This document shows positions 8,943 to 19,466 of a DNA stretch of 64,000 nt, in pieces (position 1 is the first letter of the stretch; each line of letters starts with the position of its first letter). Position numbers and translations under genes: made by a program. A model generated the notes under the pieces. That model saw only the letters and a list, made by a program, of their open reading frames with translations, made no database searches and was not told the DNA's origin. Where the stretch lies: contig OZ219856.1 in NCBI GenBank assembly GCA_964291395.2, positions 384,001-448,000 of the forward strand, read 5' to 3'. This DNA comes from Alphaproteobacteria bacterium. Lineage in GTDB: Bacteria > Pseudomonadota > Alphaproteobacteria > UBA2966.

Positions 8943-10391
8943 CTAGCCCTGCGGCACGCCCGCGTCGTCGAGGAAACTCCGGTCGTTGACCGGATTGGGC
9001 CGGTCGCAGGGCAGGAACTCGCCCCGGCCCGCCTTGCCCACGAACTCTCCGTCATGCCAGATGATTTCGCCGCGAGACACGGTCACTTCGGGCCAGCCCT
9101 GGACGTCGAGTCCGTCATAGGGCGTGTAGTCCATGCCGTCGTGCAGACCGGCGATGGAAATGGTCGTTCGACGATCGGCATCCCACACCGCGAAATCCGC
9201 GTCCGAGCCGACGCCGATCGTGCCCTTGCGCGGGTAGAGGCCATAGATCTTGGCGGGATTCGTGGCGGAGACGGCAACCACCTGGTTGAGGTCGATGCCG
9301 CCCGCCGTCACGGCGCGGGAGAACAGCAGCGGCAGGCGCGTCTCCACCCCGGGCACGCCGTTGGTGATCCGGTTGAACGGCGGGTTCGGTCCGTGCACCA
9401 GCTTGCCCTGGGGGTCGTCATAGCGGAATGCCGCGTGATCCGACGAATAGACGTGGAAAACGCCGGTCTCCATGGCGTGCCATAGGGCGGCTTGGTTCTC
9501 GGGCGTTCCGGGCGGCGGCGCGCAGATGCACTTGGCGCCCTCCATGCCGTCCTTATCGAGATCGTTCTCGTTCAGGAACAGGTACTGGGGACAGGTTTCA
9601 CCGTACACCTTGAGACCGCGGCTCTGCGCCCACCGGATCGTCTCCGCCGCCTCGCCGGTGGCGACATGGACGATCAGGATCGGCACGTCGGCGATCTCGC
9701 CCAGGGTGATCGCCCGGTGCGCCGCCTCGCGTTCCACCGGCGGCTGGTGCGCGATGCCCTTGAACTTCGGCGCCACGCGGCCGCTCTCCAACAGCTTTCC
9801 GGTCAGCCAGACGATGCAGTCCGCGTTCTCGGCGTGAATCATCATCATGGCGCCGTGACGGCGCGCGACCGACATGACTTCCAGGATCTCATGGTCGCTC
9901 AGCATCAGGGCCTTGTAGGTCATGTAGACCTTGATCGAGGTGTAACCCTCCTCGATCAGCGACGGCACTTCCTGGCCGAGCACCTGAGCCGTGGGGTCGG
10001 CGACGATCAGGTGTATGGCGTAGTCGATGACCGCCTTGCCGACGGGCTTCCGGCGATACGCCTCGACGGCGGCGCGCAGCGATTCGCCCTTGATCTGCCG
10101 CGCGAAGGGAATCAGGGTCGTCGTCCCGCCGCAGGCCGCGGAAACCGTGGTCGTGTAGAAGTCCGTGCCGGGCCGGGCGCCCGTCTCCGGGGAGTCCTGC
10201 TCGATGTGAACGTGGGCGTCGATCCCGCCGGGCAGGACGTACTTACCGGTCGCGTCGACGGTTCGCGCAGCATCGCGCAGCCCGTCGCCCAGTGCGGCGA
10301 TCTTGCCGTTCCTGACTCCCACGTCGCAAACCCAGGTGTCGGCGGCCGTCACCACCGTGCCACCCCGGACCACGAGATCGAATTCCGTCAT
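8943..10391 (-). CDS. hydA: Dihydropyrimidinase / D-hydantoinase
   Basis: PGGIDAHVH, KVYMTY (carboxylated Lys), IHAEN, GETCPQYL, SSDHA, GVPGVETR, NPAKIYGLYPRKG; start could be 10391 or 10418. Confidence 0.92.
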   Translation of the reverse strand: MTEFDLVVRGGTVVTAADTWVCDVGVRNGKIAALGDGLRDAARTVDATGKYVLPGGIDAHVHIEQDSPETGARPGTDFYTTTVSAACGGTTTLIPFARQIKGESLRAAVEAYRRKPVGKAVIDYAIHLIVADPTAQVLGQEVPSLIEEGYTSIKVYMTYKALMLSDHEILEVMSVARRHGAMMMIHAENADCIVWLTGKLLESGRVAPKFKGIAHQPPVEREAAHRAITLGEIADVPILIVHVATGEAAETIRWAQSRGLKVYGETCPQYLFLNENDLDKDGMEGAKCICAPPPGTPENQAALWHAMETGVFHVYSSDHAAFRYDDPQGKLVHGPNPPFNRITNGVPGVETRLPLLFSRAVTAGGIDLNQVVAVSATNPAKIYGLYPRKGTIGVGSDADFAVWDADRRTTISIAGLHDGMDYTPYDGLDVQGWPEVTVSRGEIIWHDGEFVGKAGRGEFLPCDRPNPVNDRSFLDDAGVPQG

Positions 10392-10482
10392 GCGCGTCCC
10401 CCCTGTCCTGTCCATCACAGACTACGCTTTGCGGCGGGATGGTGCCAGGCACGGCGCCTGTCACCGAGGGCCTCGAGCCGCA

Positions 10483-10511
10483 TTGACACGCCGTATGCCG
10501 CCTTTCATCGT
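10483..10511 (+). promoter_or_regulatory. Putative sigma70 promoter of the urease-like cluster
   Basis: TTGACA, 17 bp spacer, CATCGT, about 85 bp upstream of ureE. Confidence 0.45.
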
Positions 10512-10595
10512 GACGGAAACGGGTTCGATGCTCGGCTCGTCCCGCGAGAGGGGGTCACCCGCGCATCGATCCGTTCTCAATGGACGGGTGACATC

Positions 10596-11045
10596 ATGCT
10601 CCGCCTGACCGGCATTGTGGGCCACGCGAGCGACGCCGAAATCGCGGACAGATTGCATGACCTCGGTCACCACGGACGCGTCGAGAGCATCGTCCTGAGG
10701 CGTGCCGATACTCTGCGCCATCGACTCAGGATCAATACGGACCGGGGCACCGAATGCGCGATCGCGCTCGCCCGGGACCAGCATCTGTCCCAGGGGGCCG
10801 TCCTTCTTCTCGAGGACGATCGGGCCATCGTCGTGCGCATGGAAGAGGAATCCTGGCTGCCGCTGGAACCGCGGGACGCCGCCACGGCGCTGGAACTCGG
10901 CTATTTCGCAGGCAACCTGCACTGGCGCGTCCGCTTCGACGGTGAAGTCCTCAAGGTGGCCCTGGAAGGTCCCGAGGCCGACTACATCGCCCGCATCGAG
11001 CCGTTTCTCGCCGACGGTCGGGTGAGGCGGGTTTACGATGGCTGA
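10596..11045 (+). CDS. ureE: Urease accessory protein UreE (short, no His-rich tail)
   Basis: RLR..TDRG.E.AI.L.R...L..G..L and ALELGYFAGNLHW (GNxH Ni motif); lies in the 3' part of ORF 9492..11045. Confidence 0.82.
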   Translation: MLRLTGIVGHASDAEIADRLHDLGHHGRVESIVLRRADTLRHRLRINTDRGTECAIALARDQHLSQGAVLLLEDDRAIVVRMEEESWLPLEPRDAATALELGYFAGNLHWRVRFDGEVLKVALEGPEADYIARIEPFLADGRVRRVYDG

Positions 11046-11718
11046 GCCGGCGCGCCTCCTCGCCGCGCTGCAGCACGGCGACAGCTTCTTTCCGAGTGGG
11101 GGCGTTTCCTTCTCCTGGGGCCTCGAATCGCTATGCGCGGAGGGTCTGGTCGCCGACGAGACGGATGTTTGCCGGTTCGTCCAAGGTCAGCTCAGCCATC
11201 GTTGGGCGACGTGCGACCGTCCTGCCTTGATCGCTGCCCATCGGGCAGGAAGGAATCTTGAGAGCGTTGCCCTCGTTGACGCGGAACTCGAGGCCCTGGC
11301 GCTGCCCCAGGGATTGCGCGTCGGCAGCCGGCGCGCCGGTGGGGCGCTCCTCAACGCCCATGAGCGATTGGAGACCCGACACGCCAAAGAGTATCGGCGG
11401 ATGGTCAAGACCGGATCGGCGTTCGGGCATCTCCCGGTGGTGCAGGGACTGGCATGGGGCGCCGTCGGGCTCGCCGAAGAAGTGGCGGCGGCCGTATCGG
11501 CCCACACCCTTTGCGTGGCCCTCCTGGGTGCGGCGCTTCGGCTCGGCGTCATCGGCCATGTGGGGGCGCAGCGGATTCTCGATGACATGCGGCCCGAAAT
11601 GACTCGCTTGCTGTCGTTGCCGGTCCCGCCGCCCGGCAACTTCAGCGCCTGCACCCCGGCCGCCGATATCGCCGTGATGCGCCACGAGACGGCGGAGGTT
11701 CGACTTTTCGCGAATTGA
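11038..11718 (+). CDS. ureF: Urease accessory protein UreF
   Basis: LQHGDSFFPSGG.SFSWGLE, AALRLG.IG...AQ, C-terminal HE....RLFAN. Confidence 0.92.
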   Translation: MAEPARLLAALQHGDSFFPSGGVSFSWGLESLCAEGLVADETDVCRFVQGQLSHRWATCDRPALIAAHRAGRNLESVALVDAELEALALPQGLRVGSRRAGGALLNAHERLETRHAKEYRRMVKTGSAFGHLPVVQGLAWGAVGLAEEVAAAVSAHTLCVALLGAALRLGVIGHVGAQRILDDMRPEMTRLLSLPVPPPGNFSACTPAADIAVMRHETAEVRLFAN

Positions 11719-11745
11719 AATCGACACCAGTCAGGGAGGAAGAGG

Positions 11746-12447
11746 ATGCTTCTGACACCCACCGAGATGGAGCGGTTGACCATCTTCACCGCGGCCGAGC
11801 TCGCGCGCCGGCATCAGGCCAAGGGGCTTCAACTCAATCATCCCGAGGCCGTCGCCATCATCGTCGATGAAATTCTCGAGCGCGCTCGCGAGGGCCAGAG
11901 CGTGGCGGAGCTGATCAGCTTGGGGTCAACCCTGCTCACGACGGATGATGTGCTGCCCGGCGTGGCGGACCTCATGCCGATGATCCAGGTGGAGGCGACC
12001 TTTCCTGACGGGACCAAGCTCGTCACGGTCCACGACCCGATCCGCCCGGGCAAGAAACCTATCGCCAAGAAGGACCGGATCGCGCCAGGTGAAATCATCG
12101 CGGCGGAAGGCGACATCGAGCTCAATGCCGGCCGTCGCACCGCGACGGTCAAGGCCGTGAATACCGGCGATCGGCCGATCCAGGTGGGCAGCCACTACCA
12201 CTTCTTCGAGGTGAACAAGGCGCTGGACTTCGATCGCGCAGCCGCATTCGGCATGCATCTCGACATTCCGGCGGGAACCGCCGTTCGCTTCGAGCCGGGC
12301 GAAAGCAAGGAGGTCACGCTGGTCGCCTTCGGCGGCACCGGCGAGGTCCATGGTCTCAATTCATTGACCGACGGGGCGACGCGCAGCGACAACCGCCGGG
12401 AAGAGGCGCTGCGGCTCGCCCGTGATGCCGGATTCAAGGGAGCCTGA
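11746..12447 (+). CDS. ureA: Fused urease gamma/beta subunit
   Basis: MLLTPTE.ERL...LNHPEA...[14 protein letters not shown] (gamma) joined to [22 protein letters not shown]...[14 protein letters not shown] (beta). Confidence 0.95.
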   Translation: MLLTPTEMERLTIFTAAELARRHQAKGLQLNHPEAVAIIVDEILERAREGQSVAELISLGSTLLTTDDVLPGVADLMPMIQVEATFPDGTKLVTVHDPIRPGKKPIAKKDRIAPGEIIAAEGDIELNAGRRTATVKAVNTGDRPIQVGSHYHFFEVNKALDFDRAAAFGMHLDIPAGTAVRFEPGESKEVTLVAFGGTGEVHGLNSLTDGATRSDNRREEALRLARDAGFKGA

Positions 12448-12450
12448 GCC

Positions 12451-14163
12451 ATGGCCACGATCACACGCAAGGAATACGCCGAGCTCTACGGCCCGACCAC
12501 CGGTGACGCGATCCGCCTCGGCGATACCTCGTTGCTCGCCGAAGTCGAGCACGACTTTGCCTTCCCGGGCGACGAATGCCTGCATGGCGGTGGCAAGACG
12601 CTCCGCGACGGGCTAGGTCTCACGGCCGGTTACGACAGCGCCGCGGGGTCGCTCGACATGCTGCTCTGCAATGCCCTGGTGATCGATCCCGTCCTCGGTG
12701 TCGTGAAGGCCGATATCGGCATCAAGGATGGCGTCCTCTCGGGCGTTGGCAAGGCCGGGAACCCGGCGGTGATGGATAACGTCGACCCGGCGCTGGTCTG
12801 CGGCGCGGCGACCACGGTCCGGGACGCCGAAGGCCTCATCGCAACACCGGGCGGCATCGACGTCCACGTCCACTTCGACAGCGCCCAGCTCTGCGAGCAC
12901 GCCATCGCCTCGGGGATCACCACCATGATCGGCGGCTCGCTCGGCCCCATCACCGTGGGCATCGACTGCGGCGGGGCCTGGAACGTTGGCAAGATGCTGC
13001 AGGCCGCCGAGCAGTGGCCGATCAATTTCGGCTTCCTCGGACGCGGCAACTCATCCAAGCCGCGGTCGCTACTCGATCAGATATCCGGCGGTTGCCTCGG
13101 CCTCAAGATCCATGAGGACTGGGGTGCCATGCCGGCGGTGATCGACACCTGCCTGTCGGTCGCCGACGACCTCGACTTCCAGGTTCAACTGCATACGGAC
13201 ACGCTCAACGAGAGCGGATTCCTGGAAGACACGCTGGCCGCGATCAACGGTCGCACCATCCACATGTACCACACCGAGGGAGCGGGCGGCGGCCACGCAC
13301 CCGACATCATCCGCGTGGCGGGAGAGGCCAACTGCCTGCCGTCTTCGACCAATCCCACCAATCCCTACACGGTCAACACCTTCGACGAGCACCTCGACAT
13401 GACGATGGTGTGTCATCACCTGAACCCGGCCATACCCGAGGACGTGGCTTTTGCGGAAAGCCGAATCCGGGCGCAGACCATCGCCGCCGAGGACGTGCTC
13501 CACGATATCGGCGCAATCTCGATGCTGGGCTCCGACAGTCAGGGCATGGGCCGGATCAACGAGGTGATCTGCCGGACCTGGCAGCTCGCCAGTAAGATGA
13601 AGGATCAGCGGGGGCGTTTGGACGAGGAACAGACCCGCATCGGGGACAACGAGCGCATCCGCCGGTATATCGCGAAGTACACCATCAACGCGGCCCGTAC
13701 GTTCGGGATCGATGATCACGTGGGATCTCTGGAACGTGGCAAGCTCGCCGACGTGGTGCTCTGGCGGCCGGGATTCTTCGGCATCAAGCCCGAGCTCGTG
13801 GTCAAGGGCGGTTTCATCGTCTGGGGTGCGATGGGCGACAGCGCCGCGTCGTTGATGACCTGCGAGCCGCTGATGATGCGTCCCCAGTGGGGAGCCTTTG
13901 GCGAGGCCCGCAAGGCGCTGAGCGCGAGCTTCGTCAACCAGGGCGCCGTGGACGCCGGCATCGCCGAGGGGCTCGGACTCAGGAAACGCGTGCTGCCGGC
14001 GCGGGGGACCCGCAAGCTCAACAAGCAGCACATGCTGCGCAACGACGCGTGCCCCGACATTCGCGTCAATCCGCAGACCTTCGACGTCTTCGTCGACGAC
14101 GAGCTGGCGACCTGCGAGCCGGCCTCGACGTTGCCGTTGACGCAGAGATACATGCTGCGATGA
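12451..14163 (+). CDS. ureC: Urease alpha subunit homolog with divergent active-site loop
   Basis: [56 protein letters not shown]. Confidence 0.93.
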   Translation: MATITRKEYAELYGPTTGDAIRLGDTSLLAEVEHDFAFPGDECLHGGGKTLRDGLGLTAGYDSAAGSLDMLLCNALVIDPVLGVVKADIGIKDGVLSGVGKAGNPAVMDNVDPALVCGAATTVRDAEGLIATPGGIDVHVHFDSAQLCEHAIASGITTMIGGSLGPITVGIDCGGAWNVGKMLQAAEQWPINFGFLGRGNSSKPRSLLDQISGGCLGLKIHEDWGAMPAVIDTCLSVADDLDFQVQLHTDTLNESGFLEDTLAAINGRTIHMYHTEGAGGGHAPDIIRVAGEANCLPSSTNPTNPYTVNTFDEHLDMTMVCHHLNPAIPEDVAFAESRIRAQTIAAEDVLHDIGAISMLGSDSQGMGRINEVICRTWQLASKMKDQRGRLDEEQTRIGDNERIRRYIAKYTINAARTFGIDDHVGSLERGKLADVVLWRPGFFGIKPELVVKGGFIVWGAMGDSAASLMTCEPLMMRPQWGAFGEARKALSASFVNQGAVDAGIAEGLGLRKRVLPARGTRKLNKQHMLRNDACPDIRVNPQTFDVFVDDELATCEPASTLPLTQRYMLR

Positions 14164-14795
14164 ACGCCGCCGTCACACAGGACTCTCCCTCGGCTGCCCG
14201 GGTCGGCATCGGCGGGCCCGTCGGGTCGGGCAAGACCGCGCTGCTCGAGCAGTTGATCCCCCGGTTCGAGGCACGGGGCACCGAGATCGCGGTCGTGACC
14301 AACGATCTCGTGACAAAGGAGGACGCGGAGCGGCTACGCCGCAGCGGGTTGATCGCGCCGGACCGCGTCATGGCCGTCGAAGCCGGCGCCTGTCCCCACA
14401 CGGTCATCCGCGAGGACCCCACGCTCAACATCGAGGTCGCGGATCTGTTGGAAGACACGTTCGATCCGCTCGATCTCATCATCATCGAGAGCGGCGGGGA
14501 CAATCTCGCCTCCACGTTCTCCCTGGACCTCGTCGATTACTGGCTGTTCGTGATCGACGTGGCCGGCGGCGACGACATCCCCCGCAAGCGGGGCCCGGGT
14601 GTCGTGCAGAGCGACATCCTGGTGATCAACAAGGCGGACCTCGCACCCTACGTCGGTGTCGATCTCGACCGGATGATCGCCGAGGCCGCCGACGTGCGCT
14701 CGGGCCGTCCCGTGCTCGTGACCAACTGTGCCACCGGCGAGGGAGTCGACGCGGTCGTCGAGCGGCTGGTCCACGACGTGTTGTTCGATGAATAG
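14160..14795 (+). CDS. ureG: Urease accessory GTPase UreG
   Basis: [31 protein letters not shown]. Confidence 0.95.
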   Translation: MNAAVTQDSPSAARVGIGGPVGSGKTALLEQLIPRFEARGTEIAVVTNDLVTKEDAERLRRSGLIAPDRVMAVEAGACPHTVIREDPTLNIEVADLLEDTFDPLDLIIIESGGDNLASTFSLDLVDYWLFVIDVAGGDDIPRKRGPGVVQSDILVINKADLAPYVGVDLDRMIAEAADVRSGRPVLVTNCATGEGVDAVVERLVHDVLFDE

Positions 14796-15660
14796 CATCG
14801 CCCCGCTGCCGCTCGCGGGAGAGGGACAGGGCGAGGGCCCTGGCCGCCTGTCCCTGACGTTTTCCCGTGACGGCGACGGCCGGACCTACTTGGACCGCCA
14901 ATTCGCGGGCTATCCGTTCCACGTCTGCCGGCCGCATTATTTCCCGCACGATGTACCGGGGATGGCAACGCTCTACGTTCAGTCGAGCGCAGGGGGCCTC
15001 TACCAGGAGGATGCGCACGACATCGAGATCGTTGCGAATGACTGGACGCGTGCTCACGTCACGACTCAGGCGTCGACCATCGTGCACGGCATGGAGCGCG
15101 GAGCCGCCGTGCAACGGACGACCGTCACCGCTGGTCCCGGAAGCCACGTGGAAGTGGTTCCGGATCCCCTGATCCTGTTCCCCGCCGCGAGTCTGTCGAC
15201 GACGCTGATGGCTCGCATCCACGATACGGCCACGGCCGTCATCGCGGAAGCGTTCCTGATGCACGACCCGGACTCGGCAGACGCGGCATTCGATTCCTTT
15301 CAGGCCGAAGCGGTCATCGGGGATTGGGACGGTACGACCCTTGCCGTTGACCGTTTTCGTATTTCGGGCCGCGACGTCTTTGCGGCGACGCCCGGAATTA
15401 CCGGGGCAGCGCGGGCGCAGGGCCTGCTCATGATCGTGGGGCGCGGAACGGACCAATCCGGCCTCATCGCAGCTCTGCGCGCAGATCTGGGCGTGCAGGA
15501 AGACGCATTCGGCGGCGTATCCGAATTGCCCAACGGTGCCGGCGTCTCGGTGCGGCTGCTGGCGCCTGACGGAGCCGCGCTCCGCGCCGCCATGCTCGCC
15601 GCCTGGGCGTCGGCCAGTGAGACTCTGACCGGTGTGCGGCCATTGCTGCGGCGCAAGTGA
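14788..15660 (+). CDS. ureD: Urease accessory protein UreD
   Basis: [23 protein letters not shown]; ends LLRRK; overlaps ureG stop. Confidence 0.9.
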   Translation: MNSIAPLPLAGEGQGEGPGRLSLTFSRDGDGRTYLDRQFAGYPFHVCRPHYFPHDVPGMATLYVQSSAGGLYQEDAHDIEIVANDWTRAHVTTQASTIVHGMERGAAVQRTTVTAGPGSHVEVVPDPLILFPAASLSTTLMARIHDTATAVIAEAFLMHDPDSADAAFDSFQAEAVIGDWDGTTLAVDRFRISGRDVFAATPGITGAARAQGLLMIVGRGTDQSGLIAALRADLGVQEDAFGGVSELPNGAGVSVRLLAPDGAALRAAMLAAWASASETLTGVRPLLRRK

Positions 15661-15751
15661 ACGTGCTCTGCATTGGCGAGAGAATCTGGTGAGGTGCGCG
15701 AGAGATGTGGCGACGTCTTCGGGGATTCATTTGGAAGGTGGATAGGAAGCC

Positions 15752-16525
15752 ATGGAACCAGGCGTGAAGGGATTCGACCTGATCGATCGCGTGGCCGTCA
15801 TAACCGGCGGCAACGGTCGGATGGGGCGTGCCAGTGCCTTGAGGCTGGCGGCCGCCGGAGCCGAAGTGGTGGTCACCGACGTGACGCTCGACGGCGCGCA
15901 GGACATCGTCTCGGAGGTCGGGGAAGCCGGACGAAAAGCCCTTCCTGTGATCATGGTCGTCACCGACGGCGACGCTGTCCGGCTGACCGCCGATCGGATC
16001 GTCGCCGAGTTTGGCTCCGTCGACATCTTGGTCAATGCCGCCGGCGTGACCAAACGCCAACCCGCCGAAGAGTTTCCCGAGGCAGATTGGGACCGGATTA
16101 TCGGCATCAATCTCAAGGGCACCTTCCTGTGCTGCCAGCTTTCGGGCGCCCGATGATCGCTTCGGGCCGCGGCACCATCGTCAACCTGGCCTCGATCGGC
16201 GGGGTCATCGCTCTCCCCAACAGCGTTGCCTATTGTGCCAGCAAGGGCGGCGTCGTTCAGGTGACTCGCACGCTCGCGGTCGAATGGGCGCCGCACGGGG
16301 TGCGGTCAATGCCATTGCGCCGTCGCCTATTGACACGCCGCTCGTCCGAGCCGTGTTGGACGCGCCGAGCCCGAATATCGGCAGCGCATGTTGGAGAACG
16401 TTCCCCTGGGCCGCATGGGCAAGCCCGAGGAAGTCGCCGATGCGGTGCTGTATCCGGCATCCGACGCCTCGGCCCTGGCGACCGGGACCGTCCTGCCGGT
16501 GGATGGCGGCTACATGGCGCGGTAG
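15752..16525 (+). pseudogene. Frameshifted SDR oxidoreductase
   Basis: SDR motifs (TGGNGRMG/VNAAG; NLASI..YCASK; VNAIAP; PLGRMGKPEEVA..VDGG) lie in four successive segments separated by three -1 shifts near 16140, 16305 and 16365. Confidence 0.8.
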
Positions 16526-16603
16526 GCGGTCGATTGTTGACTCGTCTCTGGCTCGGGCTCATCGTGAGACCTCGCCGCGCGAGATGCTGGCCGGGCTGGT
16601 TGC

Positions 16604-17425
16604 ATGCTGACTGCCGAGGAAAAGCAGACATTCGACGAAGAGGGGCTGGTCGTGCCCGGCTACCGGCTCCCCGACGACTTGATGAGCGACCTTCGCGCGC
16701 TGACGGATCGGGTCATCGCGGAAACACCGCAGATACCGCCGGATTTCCTGTTCAGTCCGCATTTGCCCTGGGCCGGACAGAAGGACACGAGCCTGAGCGA
16801 CGGCTTCATGGCCATCTGCCATCGCCCCGAGATCCTCGACGCGGTCGAGGCCCTCATCGGTCCCGACATCATCTTGTGGGCGAGTCGAATCTTCTGCAAG
16901 CCGGCGCGCACCGGCCTGGAGATCCCCTGGCACCAGGACGGCACATCGGGCTGGCCGATGCGGCCGCTGGCGTCCGTCGCGGTCTGGATTGCCGTGGATG
17001 ATTCCACGGCCGAGAACGGCTGCATGCGCTACATCCCGGGGTCCCACAAGCTGGGCGAGCTGCCGTTTGAGTTCTCCTCGCGTACGGACCTGGCGGTCAA
17101 CGTCGAGATCGACAACAGGGAATTCGATGCTTCGACCTCCCGCGACAACGTACTCGAGTCAGGACAATTCTCGATCCACCACATGTTCCTGGTGCACAGC
17201 TCGCAGCCCAACCTGTCCGGCAAGCGCCGCGCCGGGTTCGCGATGCGGGTCATGCCCGCGACCTCCCATTACGACCGCTCGAACGTCGTGGAGAGCCCGT
17301 CGAACCGGTACGACTTCGACCTCGCCAACGCGCCGCTCTTCCTGCTGCGCGGGGTTGACGCCTGTGGCCGGAACGACATCGTCACCGGACCCGTCGAGCC
17401 GCTGGATCTGAAGAAAGTCGGCTGA
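16604..17425 (+). CDS. Phytanoyl-CoA dioxygenase (PhyH) family protein
   Basis: PWHQD, VWIA.DDST.ENGCM.YIPGSH, LVH.S.PN.S..RR. Confidence 0.9.
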   Translation: MLTAEEKQTFDEEGLVVPGYRLPDDLMSDLRALTDRVIAETPQIPPDFLFSPHLPWAGQKDTSLSDGFMAICHRPEILDAVEALIGPDIILWASRIFCKPARTGLEIPWHQDGTSGWPMRPLASVAVWIAVDDSTAENGCMRYIPGSHKLGELPFEFSSRTDLAVNVEIDNREFDASTSRDNVLESGQFSIHHMFLVHSSQPNLSGKRRAGFAMRVMPATSHYDRSNVVESPSNRYDFDLANAPLFLLRGVDACGRNDIVTGPVEPLDLKKVG

Positions 17426-17512
17426 CGGGCGCGGCGGCCTTGAGCTGCGCGGCAAGAGCGTCGACAAACTTCAACCAGAGGTTGCAATCGGAAATGCGCT
17501 CTGCACCGCTGC

Positions 17513-18424
17513 TCAGGCAGCCGTCGATGCGGCCTGTTTCTGCTGAGGTATGCCCAGCATCTCGCGCGCTTCCTCCGGCGTCGCCACCTCGCGGCCGAGC
17601 TCGCGGCAGATGCGCGCGGCACGTTCCACCAGCTGGGCGTTCGACGTCGCGAGTTCGCCGGGACCGTAGTAGACGTTGTCCTCCATGCCGACGCGTATGT
17701 TGCCGCCCATGGCGACCGCCATGGTCGACAACGGCAACTGGTGCTTGCCGACGGAGACGATCTGCCAGCTCGATCCCTCGGGAACCGCGTCGAGCATGGC
17801 CAGCAGGTTCGCCGGCGAGGCCGGGATGCCGCCCTGGATGCCCATCACGAAACTGAAGTGCATGGGATCTTCCAGGACGCCCTTCTTCTTGAGATCGAGC
17901 ATGTTGGCGATGTGAGAGAGATCGTAGACCTCGAGCTCGTTGTGGATTCCCCGGTACTTGCAGCCTTCGACGAACTCCGTGTTCCACGCCTTGGAGTTGG
18001 AGAAGAGGAATTCGTCGCCCTTGTGGTCGAAATGGAAGGTCCCGCAGTTCACGGTCAACATGTCCGGCTGGGGCGCCAGTTCGAGGAGGTTCATCCGCTC
18101 CTCGAGCGAGAAGTTGTGGCCGGTCCCCTTTTCGTCGAACCAGATGCCGATGCCGCTGCCGACCTGGGTGATCATGCTGGAACAGCGGCCCATGACGCCG
18201 TCGACCACGTCGTTATAGATGTCGAGATCGGCGGACGTCCTTCCTTCCTTGTCCCGCACGTGGATGTGCGCGACCGAGGCGCCGGCGTTGTAGCAATCGT
18301 AGAAGTCGCTCACGATCTCGTCCGGCTGTTCGGGCAGGGCCGGGTTGGCTTCCCGTCCGTGCAGGCCGCCCGTGGTGGCGATGGTGATGATCACCTTGTC
18401 CTGATGTGTGAGGTTCGGTTTCAT
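17513..18424 (-). CDS. Beta-keto acid cleavage enzyme (BKACE/DUF849, Kce-like)
   Basis: IITIATTGG, NPALP..P.EI, AGASVAHIHVRD, ELEVYD, RVGMEDN. Confidence 0.9.
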   Translation of the reverse strand: MKPNLTHQDKVIITIATTGGLHGREANPALPEQPDEIVSDFYDCYNAGASVAHIHVRDKEGRTSADLDIYNDVVDGVMGRCSSMITQVGSGIGIWFDEKGTGHNFSLEERMNLLELAPQPDMLTVNCGTFHFDHKGDEFLFSNSKAWNTEFVEGCKYRGIHNELEVYDLSHIANMLDLKKKGVLEDPMHFSFVMGIQGGIPASPANLLAMLDAVPEGSSWQIVSVGKHQLPLSTMAVAMGGNIRVGMEDNVYYGPGELATSNAQLVERAARICRELGREVATPEEAREMLGIPQQKQAASTAA

Positions 18425-18493
18425 GGCGTCCTCCCGATGAATTCAATGGCCTTGCCGGATTACGGCACTTTACGTTGCCGGTGGTCCATGTCC

Positions 18494-19261
18494 TCAAGAC
18501 GCTTCTCTGTGGAACAGCCGCGGTCCGAACGCCTGCATGATGGGCATGACCTCGATCTCGTTGACGTTCAGGTTCGGCGGCAGCGTGACCACGGCGTGGA
18601 CGACTTCCGCCATGTCCGAAGGCTTCACGGTCTCGAAGCCGGTGTAGTGGGCCCGGCCCTTCTCCTCGTCCCGCATCTGCACGTAGGCGAACTCGGACTC
18701 GACGTTGCCGGGGACCAGCAAGGTCACGTGGACGTGGCTGCCGAGCAGGTCGGAACGCAGGTTGTAGGTGAAGTAGTGGACGAAGGACTTGGTTCCCGCG
18801 TAGACGGATGATCCCGCCGGCCCTTTGTGATTGGCCGTTGAGGAACCGACGTTGATGATGTGGCCGCGGTCGCGGGCAAGCATCCCAGGGAGTGCCGCGT
18901 GCGTGCAATACATGACGCCTTTGCAGTTGATGTCGACCATGCGTTCCCAATCGTCGAGGGATGCCTGTTGGGCCACGTCGGCCCCGAGGGCATTGCCGGC
19001 GTTGTTGACGAGTACGGTAATCTCCGAGAATTCGGCCGGTAGGTTCGCGAACGCCGATTCCACCGCGGCCCGGTCCGAGACGTCGAAAGGCGCAACGTGG
19101 CAACGGTCGCCGATCTCCGCCTGAATTTGCTCCAGCCGCTCCTTCCGGCGGCCATTGAGGATGACGCGGGCGCCTGCGGCGGCGAATTTCTGTCCGACCG
19201 CACGGCCGATACCCGAGGTTGCGCCGGTGATGAATACGACTTGGTCCGACAGATCAGCCAT
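18494..19261 (-). CDS. SDR, YdfG-like NADP-dependent 3-hydroxy acid dehydrogenase
   Basis: TGATSGIG, GRR.ERL, NNAG.ALG, YAGTK, NVNEIEVMP. Confidence 0.88.
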   Translation of the reverse strand: MADLSDQVVFITGATSGIGRAVGQKFAAAGARVILNGRRKERLEQIQAEIGDRCHVAPFDVSDRAAVESAFANLPAEFSEITVLVNNAGNALGADVAQQASLDDWERMVDINCKGVMYCTHAALPGMLARDRGHIINVGSSTANHKGPAGSSVYAGTKSFVHYFTYNLRSDLLGSHVHVTLLVPGNVESEFAYVQMRDEEKGRAHYTGFETVKPSDMAEVVHAVVTLPPNLNVNEIEVMPIMQAFGPRLFHREAS

Positions 19262-19466
19262 CAGGGGCGTCCTCCTTCGCATGCCATTGTCCACGGTTCG
19301 CACATGTTACCCTGTGTGTAAATGACGGTTCGGGCACAAGACAAGGCTCCGGCGAGTGAGGTCGGGGTGGGATTCGGAGATGACTCGCCTCCGCCGGACC
19401 TTCGAGCTTGACCGCCTTGTGTCCGGTCCCATACGTGTCGCGGGAGCGACAGGCCGGTAGGGGAGG

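Noticed and set aside
9492-10595. N-terminal extension of UreE suggested by the 517-aa ORF
   Set aside because: It is antisense to hydA, and UreE similarity begins at ATG 10596, downstream of a plausible promoter.
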